Source: an uncultured SAR86 cluster bacterium (GTDB taxonomy: Bacteria > Pseudomonadota > Gammaproteobacteria > Magnimaribacterales > D2472). Taken from it: a stretch of DNA of 64,000 bases. This document shows, one piece after another, positions 56,768 through 64,000 of the stretch; the first letter of the stretch is position 1; each line of letters begins with the position of its first letter. Location: NCBI GenBank assembly GCA_902515775.1, contig CABXVU010000001.1, forward strand, positions 28,366 to 92,365, written 5' to 3'. The notes beneath the pieces were generated by a model, which had not been told where the DNA came from, searched no databases, and saw only the letters and a program-made list of their open reading frames with translations. The position numbers were made by a program, and so were the translations under genes.

Positions 56768-57402
56768 AAGAGCATCAGAAAATATTTATTGAATTAGCTC
56801 TTCAATCAAATGCATTAGAGTTTGGAAAATTTACACTTAAATCTGGAAGAGTCAGTCCGTATTTTTTCAATGCTGCAAAAATGCTTAATGGCTGCAATCT
56901 TTATGAACTTGCTAAATGTTATATAGAGGCAATAAAAGATATTAATCTGGAATTTGACTGCCTTTATGGCCCTGCATATAAGGGAATTTTTTTGGGGTCA
57001 ATTGTTGCAACGGTATTGAGTCAGGGAGGAACCCCATGCTCTCTTTCCTTCAATAGAAAAGAAATCAAGGATCATGGAGAGGGTGGTAATATTATTGGGC
57101 CTGATCCAACTGGAAATGTATTGATTATCGATGATGTCTTATCTGCTGGAACTGCTGCAAGAGAGTCTATAAAAATTTTAGACAATTTTAATGCAACTCC
57201 TCAAATTTTTCTTGTTGGTCTAGATAGACAAGAAAAAGGGGAAAGTGATCTATCTGCAAAATCAGAGCTTGAAAAAGATTTTGGTATTCAGGTCTCATCC
57301 ATCATAAATTTAGATGCGCTAATAGAATACTCGCAAAATAATCAAAACTTTAATACCTATATATTAGAACTTGAAGAATATAGAAGGAGCTGGGGCGCAT
57401 AA
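56755..57402 (+). CDS. pyrE: orotate phosphoribosyltransferase
   Basis: [17 protein letters not shown], the GPAYKGI and [17 protein letters not shown]-binding motif. Confidence 0.93.
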   Translation: MSGLKEHQKIFIELALQSNALEFGKFTLKSGRVSPYFFNAAKMLNGCNLYELAKCYIEAIKDINLEFDCLYGPAYKGIFLGSIVATVLSQGGTPCSLSFNRKEIKDHGEGGNIIGPDPTGNVLIIDDVLSAGTAARESIKILDNFNATPQIFLVGLDRQEKGESDLSAKSELEKDFGIQVSSIINLDALIEYSQNNQNFNTYILELEEYRRSWGA

Positions 57403-58013
57403 TGTTTACTGGAATTGTTAGCGGTAAGGGTAATCTTAAAAAAATAGTCAAATGTGAGGATTACATCTCCTTGATTATTCAGGCACCAAAAGGCTTTGCT
57501 AAAAATTTATCCAAAGGAGCAAGCGTATCTGTTAATGGAGTCTGTCTAACAGTAAAAAAAGGTAGAACAGATCTTTTAGAATTTGATGTAATTGAAGAGA
57601 CTCTCAAGAAAACAAATTTAAAGAATATAAGCAGATCATCTAAGCTTAATTTGGAGCGCTCTATGACAGCTAATACTGAAATAGGCGGGCATCTTGTCTC
57701 TGGTCACATCCATGGAACAGGAGAAGTCTTGAAAGTAATTAATAGAAAAGAAACGAAAGACTTGCTGATAAAAATTCCTTCACAATTAAGGGAATATTTT
57801 TTTTACAAGGGTTACGTAGCTTTAAATGGATGTAGTCTGACCATAGGAAAAGTACTTAAGTCTTCATTTTATATACATCTCATCCCTGAAACTGTCTCAA
57901 TAACTAATTTTAAAGAGATCAAAAAAGGAGACCTTATCAATATTGAAGTTGAACAAACAACAATAAATACTGTTGAGACCGTAAAAAGAGTTATGCTTGA
58001 GAGAAAAGCCTAG
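57402..58013 (+). CDS. ribE: riboflavin synthase (alpha chain)
   Basis: MFTGIV, VNGVCLTV and a second-repeat LNGCSLT; the typical duplicated lumazine-binding repeats. Confidence 0.92.
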   Translation: MFTGIVSGKGNLKKIVKCEDYISLIIQAPKGFAKNLSKGASVSVNGVCLTVKKGRTDLLEFDVIEETLKKTNLKNISRSSKLNLERSMTANTEIGGHLVSGHIHGTGEVLKVINRKETKDLLIKIPSQLREYFFYKGYVALNGCSLTIGKVLKSSFYIHLIPETVSITNFKEIKKGDLINIEVEQTTINTVETVKRVMLERKA

Positions 58014-58905
58014 TTAAAACTGCCATTCTCATCCCTACACCATTAAAAATTTGATCTCGAATCTTACAGTTTTCTAACTCACTTGCCTCTTTACTCAATT
58101 CAATACCGAAGTTTACAGGTCCTGGGTGTAATAAAATCATTGCTGGATCTGCTACTTGAAGTGAATCAACATTAATTTGATACCTCTCAATATAATCTTT
58201 AGCTCCGATAGTTAGTTTTTCAGACAGTCTCTCATTTTGAATTCTAAGCCCCATCACAACATCTGCATTTTGTAATGCGGCATCTAATTCAGGTTCAAAA
58301 TTACCAATTGAGGTATCTATAAAATTTTTACATAGATCAGGATGGCCGCAAAAAGTTAAACTTTTATATCCCACAATTTTAATCGCCTCGATAAAAGAAT
58401 TCACAACTCTTGAGTGATCAAGATCACCAACAATCGTAATATTGAGATCCTGAAATTTTGCTTTTGATTCATTTATGGTCATAAGATCAATTAATGTTTG
58501 TGTTGGATGAGAAATAGAGCCTTCTCCGGCGTTAATAAATTGCATGTTAGAAAAATCTTTCACAAAGTCATGGATGACTGACTCAGTGTGACGCAGAATA
58601 CATAAATCTACTCCCATCATCTCTACAGCATTCATGGTATCTTCAAGGGTCTCTCCTTTATTCATTGATGAATTAGATAAATCAAAATCAATAAACTTTG
58701 CTCCTAAATTGTGGGCTGCTATTTCAAAAGATAATTTTGTTCTAGTACTTGGTTCGCAGAAGATCGAAACAATCTTTTTATCAGGAAATAGATTTTCACT
58801 CCGATAGTCTAATGAGTCCTCGGACTTAAAATTATTTGCTAGTTCAATTAAATCAAAAATATCTTTCTTGGTTAGATCTGAAAAGTTGATTAAGTTCTTA
58901 GACAT
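57991..58905 (-). CDS. pyrB: aspartate carbamoyltransferase catalytic subunit
   Basis: EPSTRTKLSFE, HPTQ and LHPGP motifs. 304 aa. Confidence 0.93.
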   Translation of the reverse strand: MSKNLINFSDLTKKDIFDLIELANNFKSEDSLDYRSENLFPDKKIVSIFCEPSTRTKLSFEIAAHNLGAKFIDFDLSNSSMNKGETLEDTMNAVEMMGVDLCILRHTESVIHDFVKDFSNMQFINAGEGSISHPTQTLIDLMTINESKAKFQDLNITIVGDLDHSRVVNSFIEAIKIVGYKSLTFCGHPDLCKNFIDTSIGNFEPELDAALQNADVVMGLRIQNERLSEKLTIGAKDYIERYQINVDSLQVADPAMILLHPGPVNFGIELSKEASELENCKIRDQIFNGVGMRMAVLTRLFSQA

Positions 58906-59288
58906 TAAACTTCAATAGATAAAATAGCATCAATTTCAATATCAACTCCTTTAGGAAGTTTGGAGACTTCTATGGTTGCTCTTGCCGGGAAAGGCTTAGA
59001 GAACCTTTTACTCATGATCTCATTAACTTCATCAAATTTTTTAAGATCAGTTAGGAAAATTGTCAGCTTAAGAATATTATCAAGTCGACCGCCAGCCTCT
59101 ATGCAAATTGCCTCAAGATTATCTATCACCTGAGAGGCTTGATCGTAAAAAGTTTCGTTATTAAGCTCTCCTGAGCTAGCTATGAGCGGTATTTGTCCAG
59201 AGATAAAAACCACATCTCCCCATTGAATTGCCTGTGAATATGGGCCAATAGCCGCAGGTGCTTTATTGGTAAAAATTTGTTTTTTCAT
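58905..59288 (-). CDS. ridA: RidA family reactive-intermediate deaminase
   Basis: APAAIGPYSQA, SGQIP, and PARATIEVSKLPKGV.IEIDA. Confidence 0.9.
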   Translation of the reverse strand: MKKQIFTNKAPAAIGPYSQAIQWGDVVFISGQIPLIASSGELNNETFYDQASQVIDNLEAICIEAGGRLDNILKLTIFLTDLKKFDEVNEIMSKRFSKPFPARATIEVSKLPKGVDIEIDAILSIEV

Positions 59289-61485
59289 TTTTTGATCTTT
59301 TGTCGTTAACTATTCTTGAGCAACTTGTTACATATCTTAATGAACGCAATTTTATCATTAGTCGATTAATTGAATTGGTATTCATAACTTCTACTTCCAT
59401 GACAAATTCAATAATCATAGAATCAATGTCTCTGCTGTGGATGTTAACTATATTAAGATTAGATTTTGTAACAACAGATGCAATGTCCGCCAATATTCCT
59501 GGCCTGTCTTCTGCATGAATTTTCACATGGCCTTTGTAATGAAGCTCTTTACTATCACTCCCCCACATTGCAGGAAAGTATCTAGCAGATAATTTATCAC
59601 TTCTAGATATACTAACTTGTCTACATCTTGAATGATGAATCACAATCCCCCTATCAGTATCTGAATGAGCTGTGATTGGATCTCCGTGGACCGGCATACA
59701 ACACTTTGCGTATGTAACAGACACACCTTCAATTTGATGATTAGATAAAATCATTGATTTGAATTTCGGTTTTTTATTTTTTTTAATTCTTAGCCCTGAA
59801 AAAAATCTCTCTGCAATTAATGCTCCTGTCTTTTTTCCAGAGCCTAAGTCAATTAGAAGCTCATTTAAGGATTTAACTCCTATCATTTCTAAGATCCTAG
59901 ACATTGTACTTCCACGGTATTGATCTAAAGTCACTCCACCTCTTCTTAATTCATTCTCTAACATCAATTTGCCCGCTTTTCTTGATTTCGAAATCTTTTG
60001 GTTTCTTAATGCAAGCCTAATGGAGGACCTGGCCTTGCTTGTTACTACAAAGTTTAACCAGTCTGGACTAACCTCTTGGCTATCCGAAGTAATAATTTCA
60101 ATTGATTGGCCATTCTCGAGGCTTATATTAAGTGGTGCAAACTTTCTATTAACTCGGCATGCAATTGCTTTATTACCAAGCTCTGTGTGCAGCTCATATG
60201 CAAAATCAATTGGAGTCGAGCCAGATTTTAGGTTCACAATCTTTCCCTTGGGAGTAAAAACATATACTTCGTCATAGATTAAATCCGTTTTAATTGCTTC
60301 AACAAATTCATGAGAATTAATAGTTGCTTCATCTAAGTCAGTAAAGCTTTCAATCCATTTTCTTGCCCCAATTGCATCAGACTTAACATTGTCTTTTGTC
60401 TTATATGACCAATGTGCAGAAATTCCATTTTCAGCAATTATTTCCATGCTTTTGGTTTGTATTTGAACTTCAATTGGCACTCCATCTAAAGCAATTAGTG
60501 AAGTATGAATGGCTTGATAGCCATTTGACTTAGGAATAGCAATATAATCTTTAAACTTTTTGCCAATTGGCTTGTGTAAATTATGAATGACTCCTAACGC
60601 CCTATAAGCATCGTCAACCGAATCAACGATGACCCTAAATGCGTAGACATCTAATATTTGAGAAAATGGCTTTTTCCTAATTTTTATTTTCCTATAGATA
60701 CTATAAAGAGATTTTTGCCTGCCCTGAACGATCGCTGGAATCTCACTATTTTTCAAGTAATACTTAAACTGTTTTCTGAGTTTAGAGATGATTTTCTGCC
60801 TACCCCCCGCGGCTTGTTTAATTGCAGAATTGAGCATTCTGGCTCGCATAGGATGCATGCATTGAAATGCTAAATCTTCTAGTTCCACGCGAATATTTTG
60901 CATGCCAATTCTAATTGCAATCGGTCCATACAAGTCTAGGGTTTCTCTTGATTTAGTAATTTGCTTTTCTCTTGGCAAAAACTCGATGGTACGCATGTTA
61001 TGCAACCGATCACATAACTTTACAATAATCACTCTTATATCTTTTGACATTGCTAAAGCCATTTTTTGCAAATTATTTGCATTACGATCCTCTATACTGT
61101 CAAAATCAAGTTTATTTAAATTACTTACTCCATCAACAATTGCAACAATGTCTTTACCAAAAAGTTTTTCTAAATAAGATTTTTGAATAAAGCTATCTTC
61201 AAGGACGTCATGCATAAGCCCTGCACAAACTGTTTCAATGTCTAAATTAAGTTCTATTAAAATTGATGCTACTGCAACAGGATGAGTTATATATGCTGAG
61301 CCGTCTTTTCTTGTTTGTTCTTTGTGAGCCTGAAAGGCAACATTGTATGCAGTTTTAAGAAGTTCTAATTCCCTGTTATTAAAATATAATTTAGCTGATT
61401 TGAATAGCTTTCTTGGAACCGGTGAAAGAAGTTTTCTGTTCGAGAAGTCTAAGAGTACTTGACTGGGAAGGGCCCGTTCACTCAA
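59263..61485 (-). CDS. spoT: bifunctional (p)ppGpp synthetase / hydrolase (RelA/SpoT homolog)
   Basis: HD domain HPVAVASIL....AGLMHDVLED. Synthetase YRALGVIHNLHKP.....DYIA.PK.NGYQ.IHT. TGS and ACT regions. Lies downstream of rpoZ. Confidence 0.92.
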   Translation of the reverse strand: MSERALPSQVLLDFSNRKLLSPVPRKLFKSAKLYFNNRELELLKTAYNVAFQAHKEQTRKDGSAYITHPVAVASILIELNLDIETVCAGLMHDVLEDSFIQKSYLEKLFGKDIVAIVDGVSNLNKLDFDSIEDRNANNLQKMALAMSKDIRVIIVKLCDRLHNMRTIEFLPREKQITKSRETLDLYGPIAIRIGMQNIRVELEDLAFQCMHPMRARMLNSAIKQAAGGRQKIISKLRKQFKYYLKNSEIPAIVQGRQKSLYSIYRKIKIRKKPFSQILDVYAFRVIVDSVDDAYRALGVIHNLHKPIGKKFKDYIAIPKSNGYQAIHTSLIALDGVPIEVQIQTKSMEIIAENGISAHWSYKTKDNVKSDAIGARKWIESFTDLDEATINSHEFVEAIKTDLIYDEVYVFTPKGKIVNLKSGSTPIDFAYELHTELGNKAIACRVNRKFAPLNISLENGQSIEIITSDSQEVSPDWLNFVVTSKARSSIRLALRNQKISKSRKAGKLMLENELRRGGVTLDQYRGSTMSRILEMIGVKSLNELLIDLGSGKKTGALIAERFFSGLRIKKNKKPKFKSMILSNHQIEGVSVTYAKCCMPVHGDPITAHSDTDRGIVIHHSRCRQVSISRSDKLSARYFPAMWGSDSKELHYKGHVKIHAEDRPGILADIASVVTKSNLNIVNIHSRDIDSMIIEFVMEVEVMNTNSINRLMIKLRSLRYVTSCSRIVNDKRSKNEKTNFYQ

Positions 61486-61506
61486 TTAGCAACTCCAGAA
61501 TTTTCA

Positions 61507-61779
61507 TTAGCCTATAGCATCGTCTTTTGGCTTATCTCTTTCAATAGAGAATTCATCCAATAAAAGGTCTTCTTCAAGGGTCTTATCAAGAATTTCTTTT
61601 GTTATTAAGCCCTCCTCTATCTCCCTCAAAGCAACAATAGTTGGCTTATCGTCCTCCCATTCAACCATGGGCTCTCTGCTTGTTGTTGAAAGTTGTCTTG
61701 CTCTTCCAGAGGCCAGCAAGATTAATTCAAATCTACTATGAACCTTATCTAAGCAACCCTCTACTGTAATTCTTGCCAT
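61507..61779 (-). CDS. rpoZ: DNA-directed RNA polymerase subunit omega
   Basis: [30 protein letters not shown]. Confidence 0.93.
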   Translation of the reverse strand: MARITVEGCLDKVHSRFELILLASGRARQLSTTSREPMVEWEDDKPTIVALREIEEGLITKEILDKTLEEDLLLDEFSIERDKPKDDAIG

Positions 61780-61817
61780 AATTTTTTCCTCGAGCGCGTA
61801 TTTTAGTGTTTATTTGC

Positions 61818-62447
61818 CTAAGAAGACAATAGCTGAGCTAAAAACTGTTGTACTTCTTTTTCATTTGACTGATTTAGGGACTCGTTTTGAGCAATAATAT
61901 TAAATAATTCATCAGCCGCCTTATCAAAAAAATCATTAACAATAATATGTTTATATTCACTAGCATGCATCAATTCATCTTTTGCATTTTTTAATCTAAG
62001 ATCAATTACCTTGCGATCTTCATCTCCCCTATTTCTTATACGTTCTTCTAATGAATGCATTGAGGGAGGAAGGATAAAAATAGACTCATAATTTATTGAC
62101 AAATCATCAATTTGTCTAAATCCCTGAACATCAATTTCAAGTATTAAATTTACTCCCAAAGACAGTTTTGATTCGACAAAATCAACAGAAGTGCCATATA
62201 AATTGCCATGAACTTCAGCACACTCAAGAAAAAAATTAGAATCTTTTTTACCTAAAAAGTCTTCATTTGATATGAAAAAATACTCATTGGCATTAGATTC
62301 TCCTTTTCTGGGTGTTCTTGTTGTATAAGAAATAGATAACTCTAGGGGAAAATCAGATTTTTTTGCTTTAAATAGAGCTGCATCTATTAAAGAAGATTTG
62401 CCTGCACCAGATGGTGCAGAAACTAAAAAAAGTTTAGCATCTTTCAT
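61818..62447 (-). CDS. gmk: guanylate kinase
   Basis: P-loop SAPSGAGKSSL. TTR.PR.GE..G.EYFF. Confidence 0.93.
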   Translation of the reverse strand: MKDAKLFLVSAPSGAGKSSLIDAALFKAKKSDFPLELSISYTTRTPRKGESNANEYFFISNEDFLGKKDSNFFLECAEVHGNLYGTSVDFVESKLSLGVNLILEIDVQGFRQIDDLSINYESIFILPPSMHSLEERIRNRGDEDRKVIDLRLKNAKDELMHASEYKHIIVNDFFDKAADELFNIIAQNESLNQSNEKEVQQFLAQLLSS

Positions 62448-63298
62448 TATTCTAAATTTAGCGCCTGTTCACGCAATTCCTCAACTTTCAATTTCATTGT
62501 AAGAGCTAAATCTTTTAAATCTGATTTTTCAATCTTTACAGAAAGTGTATTTACTTCCCTGAACATCTCCTGAAGGATGAAGTCCATTTTTTTTCCATGC
62601 GCATTTTTTAGCTTAAATAATTTATTTAAAGATTCAATATGAAAGTTAATTCTTTCAAGTTCTTCAGCTATATCGTGCTTAATAGCTAAATTAGAAACTT
62701 CATTTGCGATATCATCCTTACTGATATCAATTTTTTTTTGAATAAACTTATTCCTAATAGCTTTTTCTCTATGTCTCAATAACGAAGGCGCTGATTTAAA
62801 TAATTTATGATGTGCGTTTTTTAAAAAAAGCGTCTTTGCTAATATGATTTTTTCTATCTGTTGGCCCTCTCTAGCCCTTGATTCAACCAATTTCTTTATT
62901 GCAATGTTCAATGCCTTCTTTCCCAGCACAGCAATATCTTTTTTTGAAGTCTTAACTGCTAATAAGCCAGGAATATCCTTAAGGTCACTTAATTTTAGAT
63001 TGATATGTTTAAAATCTTTGCTGAATTTCAATGTTTTCTTAAGATTTCTAATGCTTTCTTCATTCAGCTCGTAAGAATGATCTGATTGGAAATTATCAAA
63101 AATTTTGACTTCAAAAGACCCTCTTAAGAATTTTTTCTTTATTTGATTTTTTATATACTCTTCTAGATCATTGGGAAGGCTGTAACCCTTAAAAGAAATA
63201 TCTATAAATCTGTTATTTACAGACTTAATTTCACATAAAACCTCCATCTTTTTTGATGTTGCTTGTCCAGATCCGTATCCTGTCATGCTGAAAAACAT
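62447..63298 (-). CDS. yicC: YicC family stress-induced protein (endoribonuclease YicC-like)
   Basis: N-terminal MFFSMTGYG (compare E. coli MIRSMTAY), SVNNRF, and the C-terminal EMFREVNTLSVK...EELREQ.LN.E. Confidence 0.85.
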   Translation of the reverse strand: MFFSMTGYGSGQATSKKMEVLCEIKSVNNRFIDISFKGYSLPNDLEEYIKNQIKKKFLRGSFEVKIFDNFQSDHSYELNEESIRNLKKTLKFSKDFKHINLKLSDLKDIPGLLAVKTSKKDIAVLGKKALNIAIKKLVESRAREGQQIEKIILAKTLFLKNAHHKLFKSAPSLLRHREKAIRNKFIQKKIDISKDDIANEVSNLAIKHDIAEELERINFHIESLNKLFKLKNAHGKKMDFILQEMFREVNTLSVKIEKSDLKDLALTMKLKVEELREQALNLE

Positions 63299-63323
63299 AT
63301 AACTCCTAAATAATTCTTAATAA

Positions 63324-64000
63324 TTATCCCATTAAACCACTGTCTAATAACTTTTGTGAATCGAATGACTTGCCAATAGTAGTTGAACTAATAAAAAAAT
63401 CTTCAAAGGAACATTCGGGACATATGCGAAAAAAAATTTCACTATATCTTTGAGCCTTCTCACTGCAAATTAATGGTCCAGATATCTTTGTTGATTCTTT
63501 ATTAGAAATGTAGTTCGTCATAATTAAAGCAAGATTATCTCTGCTAAACATATTTGCTTCATTAAAACGAAGAGGATATTTTTTTCCATCAAAAGCCTCA
63601 ACATAGCTTTTCATCCAATGTTTTTGTTCGTCATATAGTCCTGAGGGTCTAAGTATCAAAGGCTCAACTTTAGATTCTCTTAATACAAAATTTTCAAAAT
63701 CTAAGATTATTTTTCCTTGATCATCATCAGGTACTGGCATGACTGATTCAGTAATGTTTCTTCCATTGCTCAAACCATAAACTCTGGTTGAACTCACAAT
63801 AATTAATTTTTCAAAAATAATGTTGTGATTTAAAAAATCAATGATTTTATGAGATGCCTCTAGAAAACCTGTTTGATATCCACTCACATCTGGGGAGGTT
63901 GGTTTAAATATTAAGACCACCGTTGAAATTTGTTCTTTAGGAAGATTATGAATTGAGTCTTTGATCCAATCTAATTGAATAAATTCAACATTATCTTGTT
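63324..64000 (-). CDS. NAD-dependent epimerase/dehydratase-like protein, C-terminal part (5' end right of window)
   Basis: The frame stays open from 63920 to the window edge by my hand translation (...IQLDWIKDSIHNLPKEQISTV-VLIFKP). SSTRVYG and ILRPSGLYD resemble extended-SDR motifs. The track start at 63920 is an internal GTG. Confidence 0.5.
   Translation of the reverse strand, partial: QDNVEFIQLDWIKDSIHNLPKEQISTVVLIFKPTSPDVSGYQTGFLEASHKIIDFLNHNIIFEKLIIVSSTRVYGLSNGRNITESVMPVPDDDQGKIILDFENFVLRESKVEPLILRPSGLYDEQKHWMKSYVEAFDGKKYPLRFNEANMFSRDNLALIMTNYISNKESTKISGPLICSEKAQRYSEIFFRICPECSFEDFFISSTTIGKSFDSQKLLDSGLMG

Noticed and set aside
1-64000. A search by eye for CRISPR arrays, IS elements or transposases, integrases, prophage genes, toxin-antitoxin or restriction/defence modules, and rRNA genes.
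   Set aside because: None was seen. Every large ORF has a housekeeping or metabolic assignment, and no spaced direct-repeat arrays or terminal inverted repeats were noticed. The tRNA at 22650-22726 has no adjacent integrase or direct repeat that would suggest an island insertion.

Overview
This is an AT-rich, very gene-dense chromosomal core segment: about 69 CDS and one tRNA in 64 kb. Most intergenic gaps are under 100 nt and many neighbouring genes overlap by 1-4 nt. Gene content and local order point to a streamlined marine gammaproteobacterium; this is an inference from synteny and composition, not a database result. The supporting synteny is lptD-surA-pdxA-rsmA-apaH-cca, amgK-murU next to lptD, rsmE-gshB-tonB-ruvX, dnaG-rpoD, fis-purH-purD, trpEGDC, tsaD/rpsU divergent, folB-folK, rph-pyrE and gmk-rpoZ-spoT-ridA. 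I saw no rRNA, CRISPR array, transposase, integrase, phage gene or recognisable defence system. The least ordinary region is 6.9-16.7 kb. It is a contiguous tetrahydrofolate-linked methyl/C1 oxidation island: a dimethylglycine-dehydrogenase-like FAD/GcvT fusion, two DmdA-subfamily aminomethyltransferases, metF, an HPP-family membrane protein, NAD-dependent formate dehydrogenase and formate-THF ligase. Other points worth a second look are listed here. (1) A small MntR-type regulator sits divergent from an internally duplicated 4-TM membrane protein, with two near-identical GTAGC-N4-GCTAC palindromes between them. (2) A secreted amidohydrolase pair has one member that has lost the HxH metal motif. 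(3) A CAU-anticodon tRNA starts 5 nt after the rpoD stop codon. (4) The CCA-adding enzyme lacks the HD domain. (5) Several small hypothetical genes are present, one of them below the ORF-track length cutoff. The ORF track evidently uses any table-11 start codon and the longest frame. I therefore trimmed several N-termini (tsaD, ruvX, yqeY, DUF192, HCCA-isomerase-like) where conserved N-termini, gene junctions or Shine-Dalgarno sequences indicate a later start. All functional calls come from motif and family recognition by eye and from recalled homolog sequences; none has been checked by search.
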